A stretch of DNA of 63,281 nucleotides, filler included, from Reclinomonas americana ATCC 50394 (GCA_048213135.1; 46 parts of 46 records of this genome joined end to end with filler, not necessarily neighbours in it), one strand, 5' to 3'; positions 1-12,965 are shown, counted from the whole stretch's first letter. A program made the numbers and translations. The notes: a model not told the origin generated them from the sequence alone.

Positions 1-290
1 CTTCCTCCTCCTCGCCTTCTTCTTCTTCTTCTTCTTCTTCTTCTTCTTCTCCTCCTCCTCTTTCTCCTTCTCCTCCTCTTCTTCCCCTCCTGCCTCTTCT
101 TCTTCCTCCCCCTCCTCCTCCTCCTTGTCTTCCTCCCTCCCCTTACCTAGCCCTTCGCCCCCCTCCCCCAGATCACCACCCTTTTGCGACGGCTCGCACA
201 ATCACTTAGAATGGTAATGTACCCAACAACAAACAGCAAGCGCGCATTCACTCTCGTCTCCACTGCACTCTCCCCTCTCCTCTCGTCGCC

Positions 291-979
291 TCAAATCAAA
301 TTGGTCGGCGCCGGCTCACTGACGGGCTGCAGCACCAGCATGGTTCGCGACGGCAGGTACACCTTGACCGAGGCCGGTCGCTGGTCAAAGTCGCCGGCGG
401 TGGCCGGCAGCAGCTGCGAGGCGTCGACGTGCGCGTAACCCCCAAACGCCGCGGCGTCGCTGGCCAACACGATGCGATGCGTCTCGGCCTTGAGCACACC
501 AATCATGTAGTCCGTGTAGCTGGCCGTGGGGTGGAAGTTGAAGACGAACACCAGCGCTCCGCGCTCAAACACAATGACCTTGTCGCCCTCGTGTTTGCGC
601 GACACGTAGGTCTGTGGAGGAGGCGGAGAGATGAGGGAGATGAGGGAGAGAGCGACCAATGGGGAAGACACACGCAACGTGATGTGAGCTGAGGAACTTG
701 GTTTGCTCCTCCAGGCGCAGCAGGGCACGCTCAAACGTCAACAACATCTTGTACTTGAGGTGCTCCATGCGTGCCAAATCGTACCGACGACGCGCGTAGT
801 GGAAGCTCTCGCCGTTGCCAGCGCGCGGGAAGTCCTGACCACGAGAAGGGAGACGAGTGAGCGAAGAGAGAAGGAGGACACGATGAGCAGCAGCGTCACT
901 CACCAACCACTCCGGGTGACCAAATTCATTGCCCATGAACGTGAGATAGGCCTCCCCACCGAGACCACATGTGATGCCG
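291..979 (-). CDS. GBE1: 1,4-alpha-glucan (glycogen) branching enzyme, C-terminal three exons (introns 835-903, 612-678)
   Basis: Spliced translation [41 protein letters not shown]...[34 protein letters not shown], the GH13 branching-enzyme signature; stop at 291. Confidence 0.95.
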
Positions 980-1289
980 CTGCGCACAAGTAAATCAGTG
1001 GAACGGAAGAATGTAGCGTAGATCTCATCCATCTATCACAGCATCGTGGTTCTTCGATTGGGAAGCTGACTTCTTTACCTCCCATTTCTCTCTCACACAC
1101 ACACTCTCTCGCTCCTTTCCATCAATTTAAAATGTAGTCAATCCGCCGCCACCCAATGCACTAATCTACTCTGCATCGATTCGTCGACTGAGAAGTGCAA
1201 GGTCAGCTGACTTCTCTGCCTTCCTTACCTCCTATCTCTCTCTTTCTCTCACTCTGTATCCCTATCTCCCACTTTCCCTCTCTCTCTCT

Positions 1290-1389
1290 NNNNNNNNNNN
1301 NNNNNNNNNNNNNNNNNNNNNNNNNNNNNNNNNTTAATTAATTAANNNNNNNNNNNNNNNNNNNNNNNNNNNNNNNNNNNNNNNNNNNN
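1290..1389. other. Artificial contig-joining linker N44-TTAATTAATTAA-N44 (first of 45, recurring about every 1.37-1.39 kb; last at 61917-62016)
   Basis: Identical 100-nt spacer with stops in all six frames; gene context changes completely across each linker; contigs are roughly length-sorted. Confidence 0.99.
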
Positions 1390-1417
1390 ACGTCTGTCCA
1401 ACGATTTTCGCGCCAAC

Positions 1418-1940
1418 ATGGCCGACGACGAGGTGCGCTGTCTCTGTGTGTGTGCTTCCTTGCTTGCTTGCTTCTCGTCATCACCGCTTGCACAGACGAG
1501 GAGAGGCGAGCGCGACAGTGGCGATCCTCTGTGTGACGACGATGATGATGATGATGGGGAGGAGCTCGAGGGCGAGTATGATCACGACGAGTTGGAGCAA
1601 GAGGATGAGATCGAGCCGCCACTGGATGAGGAGCACGCGCAGAAGCAGGCAGCGTTTCTGGAGCGCGCTCTGATGGCCAGCGCGGCGTGTGCGTCAACTC
1701 TCTTCCTGTCGCTCGTTCTTCGTTGTCCGCCCTGCTGATCAGCGGAGAGTGTGTGTAGATCGCAGCGCGGCAGAGCGTGATCGACTGTCGCAGCGGCGAC
1801 TGCGTGTGGAGCACACTGACATGGATGAGTTGGTGGAGGAGCACCAGGAGGAGCATTTCCCGCGACGGCGCTTCTCGTATGAGGATTCGACCAGCGGCGT
1901 GGTGTCGGCGGTGGTCAGTGCGGCCGCGCCCGAGGAGTGA
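1418..1940 (+). CDS. Small acidic hypothetical protein, two putative introns
   Basis: ATG 1418, GAG|GTGCGC donor at 1433, acidic exon, TGA 1940; no recognised motif. Confidence 0.5.
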
Positions 1941-1985
1941 TGATGGGTGATTGTATTGTTTCTTGGTGTTGTTGTTGTTCTGCTA

Positions 1986-2679
1986 CTAGTATTCCTCCTC
2001 CTCCTCGTCGTCGTCGTCGGCATCGTCGATGTCTTCCACCAGGCGCAGGGTCTTGTCGTAGAGTTGTTCCTTGAAGTCCTTGACGAGCCACACGCGGTCC
2101 TCGCCAGTCGACTGGATGCCGCTGTCATCGTCTTCTGCAGCCGTTGCTGCCGGTGCTGATGCGCTGCGGGCTCGTGTCGGCGTGGAGGGTGGCGCACTGC
2201 TGTCGGCGTCATCAGCCTTGTCTGCTTCTCCGTCGTCGGTGGCGCGCATGCGGAAGCAGATGGAGAAGACGCGGTCGTGTGGCGATCCCATGCGCCAGAT
2301 GCGATCGAGTGCCTGCCGCTCGACCTGTGCAACGACATCGTGTGAGCCACGTGACTGCGAGCGAGAACTCAGCTTTGCTATTCGCACGTACCGCTGGATT
2401 CCACCACGGCTCGAGGAGAATGACCAGGTTGCCTTGTTGGAGGTTGATGCCACAGCCGCCGGCCTTGAGTGACGCAAGAAACACGTTGACGCTATCGTCG
2501 GTCCTGAAGGCCTCCACGGCCCGTGCGCGCTCCTCGTCGCTGCAGTCGCCGTCCAGACGAACCGCATGCACGCGGTCGCCAAGCTGGCTCAGCTCCGACT
2601 CGCACACGTTGAGCATCTCCTTGAAGCGCGAGAAAATGACAATCTTCTGCGGTCCGTTGCTGGTCACGCGGAGCTCTTT
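1986..2679 (-). CDS. SNF2/RAD5-RAD16-like helicase, C-terminal HELICc domain (intron 2325-2391)
   Basis: KIVIFSRF...RLDG...FLASLKAGGCGINL...LLEPWWNPA|VERQALDRIWRMG (SF2 motifs IV-VI). Confidence 0.9.
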
Positions 2680-2809
2680 NNNNNNNNNNNNNNNNNNNNN
2701 NNNNNNNNNNNNNNNNNNNNNNNTTAATTAATTAANNNNNNNNNNNNNNNNNNNNNNNNNNNNNNNNNNNNNNNNNNNNCTCTCTCTCTCTCTCTCTCTC
2801 GTCTGTCTT

Positions 2810-2850
<41 letters not shown>

Positions 2851-2867
2851 GTCTGTCTGTCTGTCTA

Positions 2868-2942
<75 letters not shown>

Positions 2943-3320
2943 TAGCGAGGATATCTTGTTGTGTGTGCGTGTGTGTGTTATTATGTGTGGGTTTCACTGA
3001 AGCAGAGAAGAGAAGGAGGAGTGCGTTTGTGTTAAACGTCATTGATGTGTCTGTGCGTTTCTGTGATCTTTGTTGGCTTGCGATGGTACAGTGTGAGAAT
3101 GAGAGAATATCTGGTCTGTGTTCACGAGAGAATGTCTGGACTGTGTTCTCTGACTGTATGAGAGAAACTGTTGGTTTGGCGTGTTCATGTTCTGCGAGTG
3201 TGGGAGTGAGATATTTCGTTTCAGTTCCATCAAACTTATGATATTCATGAGGTTGTCCTGTCCCTTTCTTGCTCTCATTTTCATGCTGTTCATCATCGTG
3301 CTCCCTTTTTTTGCACGCAG

Positions 3321-3815
3321 ATTGTGGAAAAGCGCGCAGCACTCGAGCAGGAGAATCACGTGCTGAAGGAGCGTCTGGAGGAGGGTGCGACCACGGTCGG
3401 TCGTCTAGAGGAGCGCATCAACACGATCACGTGGTCGTTGGATGATGTGCGCAAGGAGAACGACGAGCTGAAACAGCAAGTGGCGGCTGCGGAGAAGCGC
3501 GCGATAGGTGTGTGTTTGTGACAAAGAAAGAAGAGTCTGTGTTTCTTTCGTTATCATTGACTGAGTGGCGCAGACATGACGCACGAGCTGAATGCCTTCC
3601 GCAAGCACCGCGGTGGCGACACACTGCGGGCGCACGAGTTGGAGAACCAGAATCGTGAGCTGGCGGCCAAATTGCAGGAGACGGAGAGCAACTTGAAGCT
3701 GCAGACGCGCGAGACGGAGAAGGTGGACGCCAAGTTCAAGGGCTTCCAGAAGGAGGCGCAGGAGCGGTTTGCGCGCATCGATGATGATATTAATGAGCGG
3801 CTGCGACGCAAGGAT
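3321..3815 (+). CDS. Coiled-coil protein fragment (two exons)
   Basis: Heptad-like E/K/L/Q-rich exons bounded by CAG acceptors and GT donors. Confidence 0.6.
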
Positions 3816-3961
3816 GTGAGTGATGAGGGAAAGGGAGAAAGAAGAAGGGGAAGGGAGAAGGGAAAAGGGAGAAGGGAGCGAAAGAGCAAGAGAGGCAGGG
3901 AGAGTTTTATTGCTGTTTTCTTGAGAAGCGATACTCATGTCGAGAATGCAATTGTGCTCGG

Positions 3962-4063
<102 letters not shown>

Positions 4064-4223
4064 AGNNNNNNNNNNNNNNNNNNNNNNNNNNNNNNNNNNN
4101 NNNNNNNNNTTAATTAATTAANNNNNNNNNNNNNNNNNNNNNNNNNNNNNNNNNNNNNNNNNNNNCCGCCATCTGCGGGCCCTACCGTCGCGACGGACCG
4201 TGCGTCGAAAGGACTCCGCTGCA

Positions 4224-5454
4224 ATGACATCCCCCTCCCATCGATCTCGTCGAGGCTTCCTCGCTCTTCTCGGAACCGGCGTCGCGTTCGCCGGACTGCT
4301 CGTCGCTCCCGCCGCGCATGCCGCTGATTCATCGCTCGCGGTCGACACCTCGAGCATCCGCACCGACGAGACCGTCACGATCTCCTTCGATGCGGGGGAG
4401 TCCGTGCACGACCGGAACTGGGTCGGGATCTATCGCGACGGTGCGATCCCGGGAGGCCCCGCATCTCTCGACTGGCGGTACGTGCCCGAGGCGAGCGGAG
4501 ACCTCACGTGGGGTCCGTCGGCCCGCGACGGCTGGACGCGCAACACGGCGTCGATGGGAGCCGGCGAGTACGACATCTACCTGCTCGAGGACGACGGCTA
4601 CGGCATCCTCGCCGGCCCGATCGATCTGACCGTCACGGAGGCGGCGACCGAGCCGCCGCGTCCGCCCGCCGAACCCAAGCCCGCCGTCGACGGCGTGAGC
4701 GAACTGAACGTGCTCACCTTCAACGTCTGGCACGGCGGCACTCAGGTCGCCGACGGCGCGCAGCAGATCGCCGACATCATCGAGCAGACCGATGCCGACG
4801 TGACGTTCCTGCCCGAGGTGGGCGACGCGCCCTCCCAGGTCGCTGCGCTGCTCGGCTACGACCACCTCACGGCGACCGACACGGGGATCGTCTCGCGCTA
4901 CCCGATCGTGTCGACCGACACGGTGGGACGCTGGTGGTCGAAGGCGGTCATCGACGTCAACGGCGCCGAGGTCGTCGTCTACGGCGGGCACCTCGAGTAT
5001 CGCTGGTACACGACGTATCTGCCGCGCGGATACGGGGGAGAGATCCACGGCGACTGGCCCGACGGGTGGGACACCTGGGACAAGCTCGACGCACCTGTGA
5101 CCGACGTCGAGGCGATCCTGGCCGCCAACCTCCAGTCGGGTCGCCCGGATGCTGCCGCCGAACTCCTCGCCGACATCGACGCCGAGCGGACTGCCGGCCG
5201 CATCTCCGTCGTCGGCGGCGACTTCAACGAACCTCCCTCGCAGGACTGGACCGCGGCGACGGCCGACCTCTTCGATCACAACGGGGTCATCATCCCGTGG
5301 CAGACGACGCAGACGCTGCTCGACGGTGGTCTCGTCGACGCCTTCCGCGCTGTGCATCCTGATCCTGCGGCGAACCCCGGATTCACCTGGCCGTCGGACA
5401 ATCCGCTGTTCCCGACCTCGTCGCTCACCTGGGCGCCGGAGGCCGACGAGCGCG
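4224..5454 (+). CDS. Bacterial (actinobacterial-like) Tat-exported endonuclease/exonuclease/phosphatase (EEP) family protein, 3' truncated
   Basis: Twin-arginine signal SRRGFLALL with AHA cleavage site; EEP motifs VLTFNVW, GGDFNEP, GLVDAFR, PGFTW; very high GC, no introns. Confidence 0.85.
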
Positions 5455-5554
5455 NNNNNNNNNNNNNNNNNNNNNNNNNNNNNNNNNNNNNNNNNNNNTT
5501 AATTAATTAANNNNNNNNNNNNNNNNNNNNNNNNNNNNNNNNNNNNNNNNNNNN

Positions 5555-6842
5555 GCTGAGCGCGCTCTCCAGGTCGTCGTCATGCGTTCCTCCAGGTTCG
5601 TCACTACTACAAGCACGAGTGAGCGCTCCAGTGGGCCGAAGGAAAGACAGAGAGCAGCGAGTCACGTACAATCGCTTGGGGAGCTTGTGACTTGGACCGC
5701 CGATACGCACTCCGTTCAGCGTGCCCGACTTGACGTTGATCTTGCCGGGATCCATAAAGTTCTCCGCCGCCACCACTCCGTCAATGTACAATTGAAACCT
5801 GCAGCGCACACACACACACGCGTTCAACAAGGCAGGAAGGAGGTCATTGTTACACAGATGACCAGGCACGCACATCATGCCGCTCTTCTTCTGCTGCTTG
5901 TGTGGAAACTGCGAGAGTGCCACGTGGTGCCACTTTTTGTCGCACAGCGACATGGTGGCCGGTAACCGCAGCGCACACACTTGAGCCGGCACACGGGAGC
6001 CCAACCAGCCCGCCTCGTCATCATCCGAACTACCGCGCCCCGAACTCAGCAACGAGAAGTGCACAGTGCTCCCGAGCGTATCGGTTGACACGCTGGACGC
6101 AGAGGCTGTCGAGGCCGATGCCGCCGACACGTCAAACAGTCGAATCTCCACCTCCTCGCTCCTGCACGTGGGAGTGAGACTGAGTGCCGGAAGGCAGACG
6201 AACACACGCAACCGCACAACACAACACACCGTGTCAGGGAGCCACGACGGTCTGCCGGATGCAACACATGCACCACGTCCATGAGGTACTTGCGTGTGCG
6301 AAACGACAACAACAGCATCTGCCGCTCGCCGCCCAGCACCGACGCATCGCCACCTGTGCTGAAAAAGAGACCTGTCGGCGACATCGCGTACTCGAGACGC
6401 ATCCACAGTGTGACAGTGTGGCCCGCTGGTGGTGGCCACGGAGTCCATGTCAGCTCCGGCAGCAAGATCGTACTGGCCAGCGGGCCGTACGCGCACTCTG
6501 TGCGCATCATCGCGACCATCAGCATCACGCAAATGACACTCACACAAATGAGACCCCTCACCTCCCAAATCGTCGGCCTCCTCGGCACTCGCCAGAGTCG
6601 TGGTCACAGGTGGAAGGTCACTTGTGCTCGATTGCTCCACCAATCCGGTCAGTCGCCAGCGCGCCTCCCGCTTCCTCCGCACTCGCCGCACCATGCCTCC
6701 ATTCTCCATTGGTAGCCCAACTCCATACTTTCTTATCCTTGGATGATCCACCGCCGACGGCTCGAGACCCACACACACCCACGTAGCACTGCCCTCAGAG
6801 TCCGAATTGCCACCTTCTGTGGCACCACCACCGCCACCACCA
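5555..6842 (-). CDS. Concanavalin A/LamG-like domain of a probable BEACH-domain (neurobeachin/LYST-like) protein, multi-exon fragment
   Basis: WPPPAGHTVTLWMRLE resembles the WPxxxGFTxxxWxR motif of BEACH-protein ConA domains; KWHHVAL...FQLYIDG is LamG-like; outer exon limits approximate. Confidence 0.6.
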
Positions 6843-7479
6843 NNNNNNNNNNNNNNNNNNNNNNNNNNNNNNNNNNNNNNNNNNNNTTAATTAATTAANN
6901 NNNNNNNNNNNNNNNNNNNNNNNNNNNNNNNNNNNNNNNNNNAGAGGAGAAGGAGAAGGAGAGAGAGAGAGAGAGGCAGAGAGAGAGAGAAGGAGAAAGG
7001 GAGCGAGCGTTCATCTTCTCTCAGTCTCTTTCTCAGTATCCTCACCGTCACCTTCTCAGTATCTTCACTGTCGAGTGTGTGGTAAGAGCGAGAGAGAGAG
7101 GGAGAGTAAGAGAGAGAAGTCATCATCTTGTCTTGCCTGCTCACCGCCCATCTCTCGGGAGCATGGGCAACGCAAGGGCGGGGAAAGAGAGTGAGAGAGC
7201 GAGAGAGTCTCTCTCTTTTCCGCACTGTTTCTCGCTCTTCTTTTTCTTCCTCTTTTCTCCCCCATCTCGGGAGGATGCACAACACAATATGAGTGAGAGG
7301 GGGAGTTTGTCGGCAAGGGAGTGAGAGAGAGACCCTTCTCTTATTCCTCACCGTCTCATTCCTCCTCTGTCGCCCACTCTTCTCACCACTCACCTCTCGG
7401 GATCGCGAGAGTGCAACCAGCATTTCTCTCATATCATCGCGTTTTCTGTTCCTGTCTGCCTTCTTCACACACGCACACG

Positions 7480-7516
<37 letters not shown>

Positions 7517-7553
7517 TTTCTCATTTCCCTTTCCCCACACCTCCCCCTCGCAG

Positions 7554-8229
7554 CCCGTAACACCCACGGCACACTCATTCGTCGCTCTCCACCTGATTCT
7601 CCACCCATACGACCCACGACTGCCCTCCTGCCGCCTGACGCTGCGCTTTGTCGAGGAGTACGGCACCACCAGCACCACCTCGTCGCCCTCACCAGCAGCC
7701 GAGGAAATGTCGCGGTGGTTCTTTAGCGCGGCTTTTGAGCTGATCCCGTGCGTGGTGGAGGATGTGGGTCCGTGGGAACGTCTGTGCGCCGCCTTGTGCG
7801 ACGTGTGCGGCAACGAGATGTTTGAGAGAGTTTCTGCGGCCGCCGAGTCGCACCTTGGCGGTCTCGGCATGGGTGTGCGAATCGAGCGGCTGTGCACCGG
7901 CAACCGTGCCGGCGATCTGGCTCTGGTGACGCGCCTGGGCGAGGCGGCATTGTCGGTGCTGGTTCCGTGGTTTGACGACCGACCCGGCGATCGGCAGTGG
8001 ACCAGTGCGCAGCGTCGGCTGCAGTTGTACCGGCGAGGTCGCATGGTGGAATGGGCCGTGTTGCGTGACGGCGCCGAGTCGCCGCTGCTGTCGACGCAGC
8101 CGCATGCCGAGGAGTACGCGGCGCAGGTGCAGGGCTACTCGACGTTGCCGCCACTGGCCACGTTTGGTGATAGCGAGGCGTGCGAGTCGGAGGAGAATGT
8201 CGGCGGTCATTTGTATCGCGTGTTGCGGA
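7554..8229 (+). CDS. Hypothetical protein exon
   Basis: CT-rich intron ending in CAG at 7553, then a GC-rich open frame to the contig end. Confidence 0.5.
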
Positions 8230-8329
8230 NNNNNNNNNNNNNNNNNNNNNNNNNNNNNNNNNNNNNNNNNNNNTTAATTAATTAANNNNNNNNNNNNNNN
8301 NNNNNNNNNNNNNNNNNNNNNNNNNNNNN

Positions 8330-8381
<52 letters not shown>

Positions 8382-8467
8382 ACTCGTGAGTGAACGACGA
8401 GAAACAGAGTGCAACACAGATCTTCCCTTCCCTCCCATTCTCCTCCTCTTCTACCCCCACTTCCCAT

Positions 8468-8498
<31 letters not shown>

Positions 8499-8600
8499 CA
8501 GTGCATCACTGATCTTCCCTCCCATTCTCCTCCCCTTTTACCCCCCATTCCCCTCCCCTTTTACCCCCCTTCTCCTCCTCCCTCCCCCCCACACACTCAC

Positions 8601-8883
8601 CCGACGGCTTCTCCCCCGGCGCCGTCAACCCCGCATGCGCCCTCGCATACATGAACTGCCAATACGCCTGCACCGGCGTGTGCGGCACCGGCGCCGACGT
8701 TGCCCCGCCCACCGCCGCCGATGGTCCCACCGCGCCCTGTCCCACCGATGCCGCTCCCGCCGCCGATGCAGACGCAGACAATGATGGACTCGTCATGACT
8801 CCTGCATGTTGTCGGTGTCGCTGTTGGGGTGTGCTGGCGCGTGACGAAGGCGACAACGCGTCTTGTGATGATTGGCATCCCAT
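8601..8883 (-). CDS. First exon of a hypothetical protein with MGC N-terminus (possible myristoylation/palmitoylation)
   Basis: MGCQSSQD start; GTGAGT donor near 8600. Confidence 0.5.
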
Positions 8884-9269
8884 GCTGTTCCTCTCTCACA
8901 CACTCTCTCTCACTCTGAGCGAGAGAGAGGATGGGACCTTGTGTGTGTGCGTGTGTGTGCACGATGTCGGAACTTCAGACACTCGCGCAAAAACCGATCG
9001 TGTCTCTCTCTCTTTCTTTCTCTCTCACTGCGTGACTGCGCTCTCTTGTGCGGAAAGTGATCACGCGTGAGAGTGAGCAACAGTGCGTGCGCGTGAGACG
9101 AAAGTGCTGGTTGATGGTTTGTTGCTTCCACCGGCCAGTCCGTCGACCGGGCACAGCCGATCGAAACGAGAGTAGGGGCGAGACAAGTGCGTGCGACCGA
9201 GTGTTGTGCAAAGGGAGCGTGTGCAGAGGTGCGCGCGCACAGTGTGGAGCACGCGCAACTTGAGTCGTC

Positions 9270-9616
9270 GTGAAAGTGCATTTCTACAGCCCGTTCGACC
9301 AATCGAGTTAGTGCACGATCTGTGCATGTTTTAGCGTGTTTGGCGAGTGCACGTCGCAGAGAGCACAGAGCACACACGCTTCCTTATCACGGAATCTCTT
9401 TCTGCTCTCACTTTTCTGTCGTGAAAGTGACTTTCACAGTCCACTTGACGAACTGATCTATTGCGTGATCTGGGCTTTCTTGCGCATGTTTAGCGAGGTC
9501 ATTTAGCAGGCAGTACAAAGCACTCACTCATCCTTGTCGTAGAATCTCTTCTCTCTCCTTGCCTCTCATCAGAGTGACTTTCACAGCCCAGTCGACGAAC
9601 TGAACTATTACGTGAT
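9270..9616. repeat. Degenerate ~150-bp tandem repeat (two full copies plus a partial third)
   Basis: Units begin at ~9270, 9421 and ~9571 and share AGTG-CTTTC-ACAG, GATCT, CATGTTT, TCCTT and GAATCTCTT. Confidence 0.75.
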
Positions 9617-9716
9617 NNNNNNNNNNNNNNNNNNNNNNNNNNNNNNNNNNNNNNNNNNNNTTAATTAATTAANNNNNNNNNNNNNNNNNNNNNNNNNNNN
9701 NNNNNNNNNNNNNNNN

Positions 9717-10918
9717 GAAGGCACAGCTGCAACAGGACCAGTGGCTCTTCTGCCGGTGAGTACATGTCTTTCCCCTCAGGTTGTGATCCCATTGTCCTCA
9801 CTCTTTTTATGTGTTTGTGGCCGCAGTGCCTGTCGATGCTGTTCAATCGTCCACTGGAACATCTGTTTCGTTGGCGTCCACCCCAGCCTTCTCTGCCCTA
9901 CGATCGCTTATCTGGCATGCATCTCCGCAGGCATCCGGTACACCCGTCGCCGCCTCCTCGCACTCTCCGCTCGAGAATGGTGGCCCCATCGGCCAGGCAG
10001 GCGGCCAAGGACAGGCTCTGCCCCCGCCCGAAGCGGTGCAACAGGAGCTTGAGGAGCAACGACAGCGGGCAAGCGAGTGGCAGGCGCGTGTACAGCACTA
10101 CGAGCATACCGCCGCGGAGCTGCGTCAGGAGGCTGAGGCGGCGAAGCGCGGAAGTGAGGATTGGAGAAAGCGAGCAAGCGAGTGGCAGGAGCGCGTGCGA
10201 CAACAGGAGGAATCTGTGCAGCGAGTGCAGCAGCAAATGGCGGAATTGCAGCGACAACTGGACGAGCAGCAAGCGACGATGAGCGAGTGGGAATGTCGCG
10301 TGCAGGCCAACGAGAACGTGATTGCTCAGCACGCTGCCACGCTCCAGCAGCACGAAATCGCGCGCACTGCGCTGCAGGAGGCACTGGATCGAGTGGATGA
10401 GCAGCGGCAGCGCGGGCGAGACCGAGCTCAGCGATTCGAGGCCGACCTGGCCGCCGTGCAGCGTGATCTCACCCATCGAGGTGCGTTAGGCAGAAGGGGA
10501 AGGGAAAAGAATGATAATGGGAAACTCACTTTGTTTGTTTGATGATGATGAATGCAGCGCCATTGACGGCATTCTCGTGGGAACAAGTGGTGTCGATGAG
10601 CAGCAACTTTGAGGAGCGACTGGGCGGCGCCGGCGGGCAGGGTCAGGTGTTTTGTGGGCAGTGGGCGGGACAGAGTGTGGCGATCAAGGTGTTTGATAGT
10701 GCGCTGCCGTGGTGCATCGAGTCGTTCTCCAATGAGGTGAGGGTGGGGGATGGGGGAAGGATGAGAGAAGGAGAAAATTTGCTCTTCTTACACACTCTCT
10801 TTCTGCTTGCATCGCAGTTGGAGAAGCTCAAGGCGGTGAGCGTGGCTGGTGTTGTGCCACTGATTGGGTTCGCGGAGTCGGACGACGGCAAGCGATGTGT
10901 GGTGCTCGAGGCGATGAG
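9717..10918 (+). CDS. Coiled-coil plus IRAK/RLK-Pelle-like (TKL) protein kinase N-lobe, multi-exon fragment
   Basis: FSWEQVVSMSSNFEERLGGAGGQGQVFCG...VAIKVF...SFSNE|LEKL...VVPLIGF...CVVLEAM (subdomains I-V). Confidence 0.75.
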
Positions 10919-11102
10919 GTGAGTGTGAGGAAACAGAGAGAGAGAGGGGGGATTTGCTGGGCGGGAGCATGCATGTGATCTTACGGTGTGCGCTCTCGGC
11001 GANNNNNNNNNNNNNNNNNNNNNNNNNNNNNNNNNNNNNNNNNNNNTTAATTAATTAANNNNNNNNNNNNNNNNNNNNNNNNNNNNNNNNNNNNNNNNNN
11101 NN

Positions 11103-12386
11103 GCAGGTGGAAGCGGAATCGCAGAGAAACTCGGCAAACGTCGCGCGGCACTGGCCACCGGCGGTCGCGGAAGAGGACCCATGGAGCGCGGAGTGTCCGG
11201 CGAGCTACACAGGTAGACGCAAGTGAGCGATGCAGGCGCACTCAAAGAAAATCGAGGGGGACAAAAGAATACGCAACAGTCCTGCCGGTGGAGGAGGCGC
11301 ACGACGTACGTCGACGGCGCCAACACCGGAACCCGAGTCAACCGCCAGCTGCACCTGATGTGGCGACGCCATCGAAAGGCGACGTGACGGTGACAAGACC
11401 GCAGACGGCTGCTGCGGCAGTGCAGGCAGTGGGCCGAGTCGCGGTGGCAGGGCAGTCATCGGTTGCAGCGGCTGCAACTCGCGCAGATTGACGCCGTGAC
11501 GAGTGCCATCGGTGGGTGCGAGCAGCTGTCGCGATCCATCGGTGCCTGTCACCACGCGGATTTCGCGAGTGCTCTTGTCGAGTACACTTCGCGGGCGAGA
11601 ATCCTGCACAAACAAGCAATCAGTCACCGCCGGCCACCAATGTACGAGAATACCCTCCCACAGTCGCCTCACCTCGTGCGTCGGCAGCACTGAATCTGGC
11701 ACTGCGCCTTGGAACATGGGATTGAGGTAAATGTTGGTGCGAATCTGCTGCTGACCAAGCGTGAGGAACGTCTGGTTCTTGCGGGCGCCGACCGCAGTGA
11801 CCACGTCGGCGAACTCGCCATCCTCGCGAATACGAGCACTGGATCGTAACGAAACAAACTGATGAGCACACCGCCATGCACGACAGAGGAGCGACATTTT
11901 GGTACAAGGGGACACACGAACCCCATGACGTCCACCACGGTCTCGCGCGGCTTGGCCGGCGCCGGCTGTCCTTCCACTTGCTCGTCTTCGTCGCGTTTGC
12001 CGCAGCACTTGCGCCAGAACCACAGCCACAGAGGCTTGATGAGTGGGCGCAGGAATTTTCGGAGCTGAATGGAAAAAAACCACGTCAGCGACCGCCACGT
12101 AGAAGAGGAGCAGCTGCAGAAGCAGCAATGACGACGCACCATGAGGAACACAACGACGCCGACCGGGACCGCAACAAAGATGCGAATGAGCACATCGCGC
12201 GTTGTCGCAAATCCAGTAGTTTGTTGCAGCTGTGTTACAAAACAAGAACATGTAAGTCTCCCGTTAAATGTGAGCATAGCAAGTGCTGGTGTGCGGAATA
12301 CGCACCGCCGACGCTTGCAACACGGCCACAATGGAGAGCGAATTCAAACTGATGGACTCGGCCAAGTTCTCCAAGTCTTGCGAGAA
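11103..12386 (-). CDS. Hypothetical membrane protein fragment with Pro-rich tail, multi-exon
   Basis: Hydrophobic segment LIRIFVAVPVGVVVFLM; several GT-AG introns including 11205-11277. Confidence 0.45.
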
Positions 12387-12965
12387 NNNNNNNNNNNNNN
12401 NNNNNNNNNNNNNNNNNNNNNNNNNNNNNNTTAATTAATTAANNNNNNNNNNNNNNNNNNNNNNNNNNNNNNNNNNNNNNNNNNNNGAGAGAGAGAGGGA
12501 GGGAGGGAGGAAGAGATGCACGCGACACAATGCACACGAGTGCTTGTGTAAGAGAGCGAAGCCAGGAAGAGAAGGATCGGGACAAGAGTCTGACAGAAAG
12601 GATGGCACGAGAGAGTCAGTGTGAGAGAGTGAGAGTGTGTGTGCATGAGTGAGTGAGTGAGTGAGAGAGGAAGAGAGGGAGGGAGACACAACAGTGACAG
12701 AGGAGACCGCCACAAACTTGAATACCACGTGGCGCGCATTGCAAATCGGTTCACCATGAAAACCAAAGAGAGAGTGCGCGTGAGAGACACAAAGACACAC
12801 ACACACAAGCACACACACACACAGCACGACATGCACACGAACACGTATGTGCAAGAGAGAGAGAGAGAGCAAGTGCAGATGTCGCGCATGCACAACACAC
12901 ACTCTCTGCCTCTCCTCTCTCTCTCTCACACGCACACACACTTGCACATACACACATGCACGCAA

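Noticed and set aside
1334..1345. Regularly recurring palindrome TTAATTAATTAA with unique ~1.3-kb 'spacers'
   Set aside because: It is embedded in fixed N-runs and is an artificial six-frame-stop linker, not a biological repeat or array
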